From Actinomycetes bacterium (GTDB lineage: Bacteria > Actinomycetota > Acidimicrobiia > Acidimicrobiales > Bog-793), in NCBI GenBank assembly GCA_021796545.1, contig JAKABX010000002.1:1-62834 (forward strand): a stretch of DNA of 62,834 bases, read 5' to 3'. The translations under genes and the position numbers were made by a program. Each line of letters begins with the position of its first letter. The first letter of the stretch is position 1. The notes beneath the pieces were generated by a model that was not told the origin of the DNA, made no database searches, and worked only from the letters and a program-made list of their open reading frames with translations. Positions 22,169 to 31,125 of this stretch are shown here, in pieces.

Positions 22169-22837
22169 TCATCCCGGCAGGCCGCAGCAGGCCGGCGCAA
22201 GGGCGAGGTCCACGATGAGCACCTCGGCGTTTGCCATCCTGGTGCCGCCCCTCGAGCCGAGGTGTCCCGCGAGCGCGCCAAGCGGCCCCTGGTGGGCGAC
22301 GACGAGCACGCGCCGTCCGGCGCGCAGGTCGGCGACGATCGCGTCGTGCCAGGCGGCCAGCGCGCGCCGGCCGGCAGCGTCGGCATCTTCGCCGTTTGGG
22401 AGCTGTCGGTCCGCGAGGCACGCGTAGCGCGGGTCGCGGCGGGGGTGGCGCGGGTCGCCCGGGTCGAGGGGCGGCGGCAGGGCGCGGGGGTCGTCGCGCC
22501 AGCGTCGGCGCGCGGGGTTGCCGAAGAGTTGGCTCACCTCGGCCTTGGACAGCCCCTCGAGGGCACCGAGGTGACGCTCGTTGAGCCGCCAGTCGCTGTG
22601 GATCGTGAGGTCCGTGCCGCCGGTCGCCGCGCAGATGAGCGCCGCGCTCTCCTGGGCGCGGCTGAGCGCGCTCGTGTGGACGACGTCGAAGCCCGCGCCG
22701 CCGGCCGCGAGGTGCCGGCCCGCCGCGGCCGCCTGCGCGCGGCCGCGGCGGGTGAGGGGCGGATCGCCCCAGCCGGTGAGCAGGCCACGCGCGTTCCACT
22801 GGCTCTCGGCGTGGCGGACGAGGACGAGGGCGCTCAC
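22169..22837 (-). CDS. gpmA: Phosphoglycerate-mutase-family histidine phosphatase (GpmA-like)
   Basis: C-terminal part of ORF 22169..24127 from GTG 22837. Motifs LVRHAESQWN, RLNERHLGALEG, DPRY and VVAHQGPLGAL align with the dPGM motifs RHGESxWN / RLNERHYGxLQG / AHGNSLRAL. GTGA overlap with the ugd stop. Confidence 0.75.
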   Translation of the reverse strand: MSALVLVRHAESQWNARGLLTGWGDPPLTRRGRAQAAAAGRHLAAGGAGFDVVHTSALSRAQESAALICAATGGTDLTIHSDWRLNERHLGALEGLSKAEVSQLFGNPARRRWRDDPRALPPPLDPGDPRHPRRDPRYACLADRQLPNGEDADAAGRRALAAWHDAIVADLRAGRRVLVVAHQGPLGALAGHLGSRGGTRMANAEVLIVDLALAPACCGLPG

Positions 22838-24222
22838 ACGAGCTCGGCGTCCAAGCACCACTCGAGCGGTGCGACGACAACGGGGTGGAAGGCGTCGAGG
22901 GAGGGCCGCCCGAGGGCGATGACCTCGAGACCGCAGCGCGCGGCAGCCTGCGCGTCGAGAACGCCGACGGCGTCGACCACGAGCCGCCCGGCCATGGCCG
23001 CCGCAAGGCGCGCGGGGTCCATGAGCGCGAACTCCGGCCAGCCCGTCGCGACCACGAGCGCGTCCGCGCCCCGCGCGGCGGTGTAGGGGTCCTCGCTTGC
23101 GAGGTGCGCGAACTGCGCAGCGACGGCGACGGGGTCGTGGGTCGTGACCGCCGCCCCCTCCTCGAGCAGGCCGGCGACGATGTCGATCGCCGGCGAGTCC
23201 CGGATGTCGTCGGTCCCGGGCTTGAAGGCGAGACCGAGCACGGCGACGCGCCGTCCGCCGAGCGGGCCGAGCGCGTGGCGGAGCTTGTCCACGACGCGCT
23301 GGCGTGCCCAGGTGTTGACCTCGAGGGTCGCCTGGGCGACCGGGGTCGCGTAGCCGAGCGCCTCGGAGGTCGCGATCAGCCCCGACACGTCCTTCACGAG
23401 GCAGGAGCCGCCGAACCCGGGTCCGTGGGCGAGGAAGCTCGGGCCGATGCGCTGATCCATCCCGACGCCGGCGAGGACCGATGTCGCCTCGGCCCCGACC
23501 CGCTCGCAGAGCCCCGCGATCTCGTTGGCGAAGGAGATCTTGAGGGCGAGGAAGGTGTTCGCCGCGTACTTGACGAGCTCGGCGCTGCGGCGCTCGCAGC
23601 GAAGCAGGGGCCACGCGCTCGGGTACAGGCCCGCGACGAGCGCCCCCGCCCCGTCGTCGTCGGCGCCGACGACCACCCGGTCGGGGTGGAAGAAGTCGTC
23701 GACGGCCTGGCTCTCGCGCAGGAACTCCGGATTGGACACCGTCGTGACCCGGACGCCCGGGTCGGCGGCCTCCGAGGCCAAAAGCTCGAGCGCCTCGCAG
23801 GTCCCGGGCGGGACCGTGCTCTTCACGACCAGAACGACGTCGTGCGACGCGGCGCGCGCGACCTCGGTCGCGGCGGCCGCCATCTGGCGGAGGTCGGGGT
23901 GGCCGTCTTCGCGCGGGGGCGTGCCGACGCACAGAAGGGCAACCGACGCGCCAGCGATGGCGTCGGCCATCTCCCCGGTGAAGCGCAGGCGCCCGGACGC
24001 GAGCCCGGCGCCGACGAGCTCTTCGAGTCCGGGTTCGTAGATGGGGATCCTGCCGCGCAGAAGGGTCCCGAGGCGCCCCGGGTCCTGCTCCACGCAGCGG
24101 ACCTCGTGTCCGAGGGCCGCGAAGCACGCGGCGGCGGTGAGGCCGACGTAACCGGCGCCGACGACGCAGATCCGCTTCGGCTGCGCGACGCGGACGTTGG
24201 GTCGGGTGTCGATGGGGGTCAT
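22834..24222 (-). CDS. ugd: UDP-glucose 6-dehydrogenase (nucleotide-sugar dehydrogenase)
   Basis: ICVVGAGYVGLTAAACFAALGHEV Rossmann fold and catalytic GFGGSCLVKD. 462 aa. Confidence 0.9.
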   Translation of the reverse strand: MTPIDTRPNVRVAQPKRICVVGAGYVGLTAAACFAALGHEVRCVEQDPGRLGTLLRGRIPIYEPGLEELVGAGLASGRLRFTGEMADAIAGASVALLCVGTPPREDGHPDLRQMAAAATEVARAASHDVVLVVKSTVPPGTCEALELLASEAADPGVRVTTVSNPEFLRESQAVDDFFHPDRVVVGADDDGAGALVAGLYPSAWPLLRCERRSAELVKYAANTFLALKISFANEIAGLCERVGAEATSVLAGVGMDQRIGPSFLAHGPGFGGSCLVKDVSGLIATSEALGYATPVAQATLEVNTWARQRVVDKLRHALGPLGGRRVAVLGLAFKPGTDDIRDSPAIDIVAGLLEEGAAVTTHDPVAVAAQFAHLASEDPYTAARGADALVVATGWPEFALMDPARLAAAMAGRLVVDAVGVLDAQAAARCGLEVIALGRPSLDAFHPVVVAPLEWCLDAELV

Positions 24223-26030
24223 CGTGCTCCTGTCACTTGTTGGTGCAAGACGGTGGGTGGCACGGGAGCCTCGCTTCCGCCGTCGCCGCCGCTCTGGAGC
24301 CGCTCGAGGCGCCAGTACGCGCGGCGCTCGGCAAGCAGCTGCTCATGGGTGCCGGACTCGGTGATGCGCCCGTTGGAGAGAACGGCGATGCGCTGGGCGT
24401 CGCGCAGGCCGGCGAGCTGGTGGCTGACGGTGATCGTCGTGCGCCCCTGCGCCACGCGCTCGAAGGCGCCGAGCAGGACGGACTCGAGCGCCGCGTCGAG
24501 GCCGACCGTCGGCTCGTCGAGGACGAGCACGGGTGCCCGGCGGGCCATCGCCCGGGCGACGGCGACGCACTGGCGCTGGCCCCCCGACAGCGTGGCACCC
24601 CGCTCGCCGACGATCGTGTCGTAGCCGGCGGGCAAGGAGTCGATCACCTCGTGGACGCCGGCCGCGCGCGCGGCGGCCAGCGCGTCGGCGCGGCCACCCG
24701 AGCCGCCATAGACGATGTTCTCCCAGACGCTCGCCGCGAAGAGGTAGGGCTCCTGGGGCACGAGCGCCACCTGGCGGCGCAGGTCGTCGAGGGCCAGATC
24801 GGCGAGGTTCTCGCCGTCGAGCAGGACGGCGCCGGCGGTCGGGTCGATGAAGCGGGGCAGGAGACGCAGCAGGGTGGACTTGCCCGAGCCCGTCAGGCCG
24901 ACGAGGGCCTGGCGGCATCCCGCCGGGATGGCCAGGTCCACGCCGCGCAGGACCGGGGGTCCGCCGGGATATGCGAACCACACGTCGCGCAGCTCGATCG
25001 CTCCCTTGGCGCGCACGACGCGGCGGGGCGCGGGCGAGACGGGGACCCGCTCGTCGGTGTCGAGGATCTCGACGACGCGCTCGGCCGCCGCCTGGGCCCG
25101 GCTGACGATCCCCGCGAGCTTGGAGAGCTGGCGGACCGGGCTGTACATGCCCCTCAGGTAGGCCATGAACACGAGCAGCTCCCCGACGCTGAGCGATCGC
25201 GAGATCACGGCGCGGGCGCCGAAGTAGACGACGAGCGCGCTCGACGCGGTCATCGCGAGGGTCATGAGCGGCGTGAACTCGGCCTGGGCCACGATCGCGC
25301 GCCGGTTCTCCTCGAGGCCGCGGCGCGTGGCCGAGCGGTAGCGCTCGGCCTCGGCGTCCTCGGCGCCGAAGGCCTGGACGACGGTGATCGAGGTCAGCAC
25401 CTCCTGGGCCACGCCGCTCGCCTGGCCGTCGGCCCGCCGGGCGAGGCGCTGCATCGAGCGGATCCGCTCGAGGTAGCCCCGCGCGGTGACTGCGAGCAGC
25501 GGCACGAGCGCCAGGGCGAGGAGCGCGTAGCGCCAGTCGACGACGAGCATGATCGCGACCATCCCGACCAGGGTGAGCGCATTGCGAACGAGGGTCGGGA
25601 CTGCATTCACCACCGCGGACTGGATCGCCTGGACGTCCCCGCCGAGGCGGGCGAGGAGGTCCCCGGTGCGCCGACGCTGGTGGAAGCTCGCGCCCTGGGC
25701 TTCGAGGTGACCGAACAGCTCGCTGCGGATGGCGAAGACGACCTGCTGGCCCGCCGTCGCGACGAGCCGGGTCGAGAGGTAGTCGGCGAGGGCGAGGACC
25801 ACGGCGATGGCGAGCATCGCGAGCACGAGCGCCACGAGCCGGCTGTCGCGCCCTGCGGGCAGCCACCCGAGGAAGCCGGGCAGCGGACGGTGGCCGATGA
25901 CGCTGTCGACGATGTACTTGAGTGGCCACGGGCTCGCCCAGGCCATCACCGCTGCGAGCGCGCTCGCGCCGAGACCGACCGCGAGCATCGCCCGGACTGG
26001 CCGGAGGTGCGCGTAGAAGCGTCGCCTCAT
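24219..26030 (-). CDS. ABC exporter, fused TMD-NBD (MsbA/type I exporter-like)
   Basis: C-terminal 603 aa of ORF 24219..27386 from ATG 26030. Six TM, then GLTGSGKSTLLRLL (Walker A), LSGGQRQCVAVARAM and VLVLDEPTVGLD. Confidence 0.9.
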   Translation of the reverse strand: MRRRFYAHLRPVRAMLAVGLGASALAAVMAWASPWPLKYIVDSVIGHRPLPGFLGWLPAGRDSRLVALVLAMLAIAVVLALADYLSTRLVATAGQQVVFAIRSELFGHLEAQGASFHQRRRTGDLLARLGGDVQAIQSAVVNAVPTLVRNALTLVGMVAIMLVVDWRYALLALALVPLLAVTARGYLERIRSMQRLARRADGQASGVAQEVLTSITVVQAFGAEDAEAERYRSATRRGLEENRRAIVAQAEFTPLMTLAMTASSALVVYFGARAVISRSLSVGELLVFMAYLRGMYSPVRQLSKLAGIVSRAQAAAERVVEILDTDERVPVSPAPRRVVRAKGAIELRDVWFAYPGGPPVLRGVDLAIPAGCRQALVGLTGSGKSTLLRLLPRFIDPTAGAVLLDGENLADLALDDLRRQVALVPQEPYLFAASVWENIVYGGSGGRADALAAARAAGVHEVIDSLPAGYDTIVGERGATLSGGQRQCVAVARAMARRAPVLVLDEPTVGLDAALESVLLGAFERVAQGRTTITVSHQLAGLRDAQRIAVLSNGRITESGTHEQLLAERRAYWRLERLQSGGDGGSEAPVPPTVLHQQVTGAR

Positions 26031-27349
26031 CGGGCGCGCGCGCCTTGCGCGACCGGCGCGAGGCGGTGCTCCTCGACCACGGCGCGCGCGACCGAACGCC
26101 GCCACGCGGCCGTGAAGAGCGGGACGATCGCCCGGACGCACTCGCCCCGGTCGAACGCCGCGACGCTGTGGGCGCGTGCGCCGCGCCCCAGCGCGCCGCG
26201 CAGCGGCTCGTCGTCGGCGAGACGTCCGAGCGCGTCGGCGAGGGCGGTGGCGTCGCCGGGCGGCACGAGCAGCCCGCAGCCGGGGGCGACCACCTCGGGG
26301 ATCCCGGCGACGTCGCTCGCCACAACGGCGAGCCCGCTCGCCATCGCTTCGAGCAGCGCGTTGGGGATGCCGTCGCGGTCGCCGCTTTCGAGCACGACGC
26401 TCGCCTGCACGAAGACGTCGGCGTCCTGATACGCGGCCGCGATCTCCTGGTGGGTCCGCGCGCCCGCGAACTCGACCGATCCGGCGATGCCAAGCAGGGC
26501 CGCTCGCTCCGCCAGCAGCGCGCGCTGGGGCCCCGCCCCGATGATCCGGCACGTCACGGCGACGCCGCGGCGCTCGAGGGTGGCGAGGGCCTCGAGCAGG
26601 ACGAGGTAGCCCTTCTTCTCGACGAGGCGGCCGACCGCGAGCACCCGGAGGGGGGCTCCCGGCGGGCGCGCCGCGCCCGCGCGCGGCGCGAAGCGCGCCG
26701 TGTCGACGCCGTGGGGGGCGAGGACGACCTTCGTGTCGCCGCCGGCGCGCCGGGTGAGCTCGTCCGCCGCCGACTGGGAGCACACCAGGACGAAGCGCGC
26801 GTCTTTCACCTTGCGGGCGAGCAGGTCGGGAGCGGTGACGTAGAGGTCCTTCGCGTGCGCGGCGAAGCTGAAATCCAGGCCGGTGAGCAGGTGGACGAAG
26901 TGGGCGACCGAGGCCGGCCCGTGGGCGAAGGCCGCGTGCAGGTGGCGGGCACCCGCGTCCTCGAGCATCCGGGCGAGGCGTCCGGCCTGCGCGAAGTTGA
27001 CCAGCGTCGAGCGGTGCCGGCGCTCCCGCAAGATGTAGGCGACGATGCCGAGGTAGCGCCTCGGTGCGCGCGCTAGGAGGCGGGCATGCGCCGCGACCGT
27101 CGAGAGACCGTCGCGCGCCCGCGCCGCGGGCCCGGCCGGGTTGCGGAGGTAGACGACCGGGCTCGCCACCCGGCTGACGTCGGGCTGCACCGTGGTCTCG
27201 CCCGGGTCGGCGACGGCGAAGAGTCGCAGGGGCACCCCGGCCGCCTCGAGCCCGAGGATCTCGTCGAGGATGAAGGTCTCCGACAGGCGGGGGAAGCGCT
27301 TGGTGAGGTAGCCGACCGTCCCCCCCGTCGGTGCCGAGGGGCCCGTCAT
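26027..27349 (-). CDS. Glycosyltransferase family 4 (GT-B)
   Basis: C-terminal 440 aa of ORF 26027..28111 from ATG 27349. N-terminus VGYLTKRFPRLSETFILDEILGLE. C-terminal E-x7-E-like region (GIPNALLEAMASGLAVVASD). Confidence 0.85.
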   Translation of the reverse strand: MTGPSAPTGGTVGYLTKRFPRLSETFILDEILGLEAAGVPLRLFAVADPGETTVQPDVSRVASPVVYLRNPAGPAARARDGLSTVAAHARLLARAPRRYLGIVAYILRERRHRSTLVNFAQAGRLARMLEDAGARHLHAAFAHGPASVAHFVHLLTGLDFSFAAHAKDLYVTAPDLLARKVKDARFVLVCSQSAADELTRRAGGDTKVVLAPHGVDTARFAPRAGAARPPGAPLRVLAVGRLVEKKGYLVLLEALATLERRGVAVTCRIIGAGPQRALLAERAALLGIAGSVEFAGARTHQEIAAAYQDADVFVQASVVLESGDRDGIPNALLEAMASGLAVVASDVAGIPEVVAPGCGLLVPPGDATALADALGRLADDEPLRGALGRGARAHSVAAFDRGECVRAIVPLFTAAWRRSVARAVVEEHRLAPVAQGARAR

Positions 27350-28587
27350 GCCGGCAGCCTGTCGGCGAAGTCGGTCTCCTCGGCACCGGGGGCGCGGCCC
27401 GCCGCGCCGTGCTGGGGGAGCGCCGGGGACAGCAGCACGTCCGAGAGACGTTCGAGACCCCCGAAGTCGAGGGGCGAGACGGGCCTGGTGGAGCCGTCCG
27501 CGACGGCCGCCGCGATGCGCGTGCCGAGATCCGCGCCGAGCTCGGCGACGCGCACGAGGCCGCGCTCGGCGAACAGCCGCGCGCGGATCGTCTGCTCCAG
27601 GCGGGGCTCGCGCCGCGGGACGACGACGGTCGGGACGCCCATTGCGACGGCCTCGCTCAGGGAGTTGTAGCCGCCCATCGTCACCACCGCGCGCGCGCCG
27701 GCCATCGCGGCCTGAAGGTGCGGGTGGAAGCGCACGAGTCGGACCGAACCGGATCGGGACGCCGCGCGCTCGAGACCGGCGTAGTCGGCGTCGTCCATCA
27801 GCGGGCCGGCGACCGCGAGGACGCGGGCGTCGAGCAGGGACCCGGCGTCGATGGCCCCGGCCAACGCGGCCGCGCCGTCGCCGCCCCCGCCGGCCGTGGC
27901 GAGCAGGTAGGGGCTCTCGATCTCGGGAGCCTCGCCGCGTGCGGCTTCGCCGCCTCGGGCCGGGCGCAGGTACCCGCAGTACACGAGGCGCTGGCGCACC
28001 GGCTCGGGCAGCCGGTACCCGGTGCCGACGTCGAAGACCTCGCGCGATCCGTAGACGACGACCTGGTCGTACGCCTCGGCGATGACCCGGTAGAGGTCCT
28101 GTGCCCCCCACGTGCGGATCACGGCGGCGGGATCATCGAGGATGTCGCGCAGTCCGAGCACGATGCGCGTGTCTGGGCAGTGGTGGCGCACCGTGTCGAA
28201 CACCCCGAGCAGCTCGTTGTGCATCCCGGCGGGCGAGTGGTCGACGAGCAGGACGTCGGGCCGAAGGCGGCGGACGACGTCGCTCATGATCGCGGTCCGG
28301 GCACGACGGATCAGACCGATGCCAAGGCGCGGGTCCAGCGGTTGGTACTGCTCCGCGCCGACCTTGCGTACCGAGGGCAGCTTGACGAGCGTGAGGCCCC
28401 GGGGGAGTGGGAAGTGACCCGAGACGGGCGAACCCGAGACGAGGACGATCTGGAGGGTGTCGTCGACGCCGAGGAGGTGGTTGGCGATGCGCAGGTTCCG
28501 GCGGAGGTGGCCGAGCCCGTAGGTGTCGTGCGAGTAGAGCAGGAGCTTGCGCGCCGCGCGCGCGTGGTGGTGGTGGTGGGCCCTCAT
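27346..28587 (-). CDS. MurG-like GT-B glycosyltransferase of an uncharacterised family (paralogue B)
   Basis: LLLYSHDTYGLGHLRRNLRIA N-terminal motif and C-terminal MGGYNSLSEAVAMGVPTVVVPR (GT28 C-terminal-like). From memory this matches the 'predicted glycosyltransferase' COG4671 group. Confidence 0.75.
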   Translation of the reverse strand: MRAHHHHHARAARKLLLYSHDTYGLGHLRRNLRIANHLLGVDDTLQIVLVSGSPVSGHFPLPRGLTLVKLPSVRKVGAEQYQPLDPRLGIGLIRRARTAIMSDVVRRLRPDVLLVDHSPAGMHNELLGVFDTVRHHCPDTRIVLGLRDILDDPAAVIRTWGAQDLYRVIAEAYDQVVVYGSREVFDVGTGYRLPEPVRQRLVYCGYLRPARGGEAARGEAPEIESPYLLATAGGGGDGAAALAGAIDAGSLLDARVLAVAGPLMDDADYAGLERAASRSGSVRLVRFHPHLQAAMAGARAVVTMGGYNSLSEAVAMGVPTVVVPRREPRLEQTIRARLFAERGLVRVAELGADLGTRIAAAVADGSTRPVSPLDFGGLERLSDVLLSPALPQHGAAGRAPGAEETDFADRLPA

Positions 28588-29543
28588 GCCGTGCGCCTTT
28601 CGCCGTGCGCGCCGGCAGGGCGGAGCCAGTCCACCTCGGCGCGGTAGCCGTCCCGGAAGCGGGTCGAGGCACCAAAGCCGAGGAGGTCCCGGGCGCGGCT
28701 CAGGTCCGCCGCAGTGTGCCGAACGTCACCCTGGGCGAAGGGGCCGAGGCGAACCCGCAGGGGGCGGCCCACGATCTCCTCGAGGTAGTCGAGGACCTCG
28801 AGCAGCGTGACGCGCTCCCCGCCGCCGACGTTGATGGCCATCCCGGCGACCGGGGCCCATGCGGCGCGCGCGGTCGCCTCGACGATGTCGTCGACGTAGG
28901 TGAAGTCGCGGCTCTGGCTCCCGTCACCGAAGACCTCGAGGGGGCGGTCGGCCCACGCGGCCTCGGCGAAGATGCGCAGTCCCATGTCCGGGCGCTGCCC
29001 GGGCCCGTAGACGGTGAAGTAGCGCAGCGCGACGGTCTCGAGGTCCGTGCCGTTGGCCTTGAGGCAGATCTGCTCGGCCTCGAGCTTGGACGCGCCGTAG
29101 GGCGAGACGGGAAGCGTCGCCCCGTCCTCGTGGAAGGGCAGGGGAGCGTCCCCGTAGACCGAGGACGACGAGGCGTAGACGAGGCGGCGGAGCGACGCCG
29201 CGCGCTGGCACGCCGCGACCAGGCGCTCGGTCGAGGTGACGTTGTCGTAGCGGTACCGCGCCTCGAGCACGAAGCTCGCGCGCACACCGGCGCGCCCGGC
29301 GAGGTGAAAGACGACCTCCGCCCCGTCGAGGTGATCCTCGAGCCGGAGCTGCGCGAGGTGCCCCGAGACGAGGGTGAAGCCGGGTCGCCGTGCGAGCGTG
29401 CTCGCACGGTCGAGCTTCTCGGCCGGGTCGTAGGTGTCGGTGAACCCGTCGATACCGATCACCTCGTTGCCCTCGTCGAGCATGCGGTGGGCGAGGCGAC
29501 TGCCGATGAAGCCGGCGGCGCCGGTGACGACGACCCGGGTCAT
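28584..29543 (-). CDS. NAD-dependent nucleotide-sugar epimerase (UDP-glucuronate 4-epimerase-like SDR)
   Basis: C-terminal 319 aa of ORF 28584..31040 from ATG 29543. VVVTGAAGFIGSRL and catalytic YGASKLEAE (YxxxK). Confidence 0.9.
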   Translation of the reverse strand: MTRVVVTGAAGFIGSRLAHRMLDEGNEVIGIDGFTDTYDPAEKLDRASTLARRPGFTLVSGHLAQLRLEDHLDGAEVVFHLAGRAGVRASFVLEARYRYDNVTSTERLVAACQRAASLRRLVYASSSSVYGDAPLPFHEDGATLPVSPYGASKLEAEQICLKANGTDLETVALRYFTVYGPGQRPDMGLRIFAEAAWADRPLEVFGDGSQSRDFTYVDDIVEATARAAWAPVAGMAINVGGGERVTLLEVLDYLEEIVGRPLRVRLGPFAQGDVRHTAADLSRARDLLGFGASTRFRDGYRAEVDWLRPAGAHGERRTA

Positions 29544-30802
29544 GCCGGGCGCCGGTTCCCTGGTGCGGTCATGGGTGCGTGTCTCCTGGTTGTGAGGTTC
29601 TCGGGAAGGGTGGGAGGCGGGGTCGAAGCGCCGCGCGCGACCGGCGCGAGCGCGCCGATCAGCGACGCCGTGGTGGCTGCGCCGCCGACGTCGACCGCGA
29701 CCGTGCGGCGCGGGCGTCTCCGGGCGGCGAGGACGGCTTGGGCGAGGGAGGACGCGGAGAGCGCTTCGGGCGCGACGACCTCGACCAAGCCCATCGCCGA
29801 GAGCCGCCGCGCCCGCTCGACCTGCTCGTCGTCGCCGGCCTCGGCGAACGGCACGACGACCGCGGGCGCCCCGCCGAGCAGGATGTCGAGGGCGGTGTTG
29901 TAGCCGCACTGGCTGACCGTCACCGCCGCGCCCGCCATCTGCGTGCCGAGGTCGGCTACGAAGCGCTCGACGGACAGCCCGGCGCAGCCCTCGCTCCGCT
30001 GGAGCAGGCCGGCGAAGTCGTCCGCGGGGAGAAAGGGGCCGGTGACGATCCGTGTCCTGAGGCCCCGGGGCGCGAAGTCGCCGACATGGGCGTCGACCGC
30101 CGCGTCGAAGAGCCGCGCGCCCGAGAGCCCCCCACCGGCGGAGACGACGACCTCGTCTCCTGGTCGCCGGGGCGCCGCCGGCACGGCGGTCGCGGCGCGT
30201 ACGAAGCCCGAGTAAAGGATCGGCACCCGCGGCCAGGTCGCGGGGCGGAAGGTGTCCTCGAGGTGCGCGAAGCGCGGGTCGCCGTGGACGATGACGGCGT
30301 CGAAGTACGCGTCGAGGCGTTGCGCGGCCTCGTCGTCGTGCCGCTGCTTGTCGGGATGGCCGGTCACCAGCAGGTCCCGGACGCTGCTCACGATCTTCGG
30401 GCGCCGGGCGGCGGAGCGTGCGAGGTCGAGGAGCGCCAGGATCTCGGGGGCGAACTTGCGGCGCCCGAAGGGGAAGAGCTCGACGAGGACCACATCGGGA
30501 TCGAGGTCCGCGAAGCAGGCGAGCAGCAGCGCGCGCCGGCGAGTGCGCGCCTCGTCGAGCGTGACGCCGGGGGTCTGGCTGACGAGCTCGCCGTCCGGAG
30601 CCCGCCCGACCGGCGGCAGTGCCACGATCTCCACTCCCGGCGGGACGGAAAGGCCTGCGGGGACGCGCCCGCCACTGCAGAGGACGACCCGGTGGTGCTC
30701 GGCAAGCGCGCCGGCGACGGCGAGCGACCGCACGAGGTGGCCGAGCCCCACCGAGTGGTGGCAGTAGTGCAGGACAGTGGAGCGGCGCGCCGTATCGGCC
30801 AT
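29540..30802 (-). CDS. MurG-like GT-B glycosyltransferase of an uncharacterised family (paralogue A)
   Basis: C-terminal 420 aa of ORF 29540..31147 from ATG 30802. VLHYCHHSVGLGHLVRSLAVA and SQCGYNTALDILLGGAPAVVVPF, i.e. the same two motifs as 27346..28587. Confidence 0.75.
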   Translation of the reverse strand: MADTARRSTVLHYCHHSVGLGHLVRSLAVAGALAEHHRVVLCSGGRVPAGLSVPPGVEIVALPPVGRAPDGELVSQTPGVTLDEARTRRRALLLACFADLDPDVVLVELFPFGRRKFAPEILALLDLARSAARRPKIVSSVRDLLVTGHPDKQRHDDEAAQRLDAYFDAVIVHGDPRFAHLEDTFRPATWPRVPILYSGFVRAATAVPAAPRRPGDEVVVSAGGGLSGARLFDAAVDAHVGDFAPRGLRTRIVTGPFLPADDFAGLLQRSEGCAGLSVERFVADLGTQMAGAAVTVSQCGYNTALDILLGGAPAVVVPFAEAGDDEQVERARRLSAMGLVEVVAPEALSASSLAQAVLAARRRPRRTVAVDVGGAATTASLIGALAPVARGASTPPPTLPENLTTRRHAPMTAPGNRRPA

Positions 30803-30845
30803 GAGCCCAGGGTCGCGTCCGGGTGTGAACCAAGCCTGAAACGAA

Positions 30846-30863
30846 GGTGAGACTTCTCTCACC
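30846..30863 (-). promoter_or_regulatory. Leader hairpin (GGTGAGA-GAAG-TCTCACC) followed by a T-rich tract, about 44 nt upstream of the first GT gene
   Basis: Perfect 7-bp inverted repeat with a 4-nt loop in a locally AT-richer stretch. On the minus strand it is followed by TTCGTTTC. Confidence 0.3.
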
Positions 30864-31125
30864 TGATGCGCGCACCGGGCTGTGCGGGCACCAGCGCGCC
30901 TCGAGCCCGCGCGAAGCGGCCCGAGCCGCGCCGGCAGTCGCCGCCAGGGGAGCACGCGTCGGGGCGTCCCCATGGCGGCCGTTGCGCCTGTCGCCGCACG
31001 CCGACGCCGGGGCGGGGGGCGAACCAGGCCCATTCTGCACACGATGTGTTGATGCGGGGCACTGTGCGCACGATCGGTGACGTTTGCCCCTAGTGAGCGC
31101 GCCGCTGGGTTCTTAGCTTGACCCT

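Noticed and set aside
24219-27386. 1055-aa ORF suggesting a giant fusion of the ABC exporter with an N-terminal domain. The same pattern appears in 26027..28111, 28584..31040, 29540..31147, 44837..46906 and 22169..24127.
   Set aside because: The N-terminal extensions are Arg/Pro-rich junk that overlaps the real upstream gene in another frame. Each real gene begins at an ATG/GTG that overlaps the upstream stop by 4 nt.
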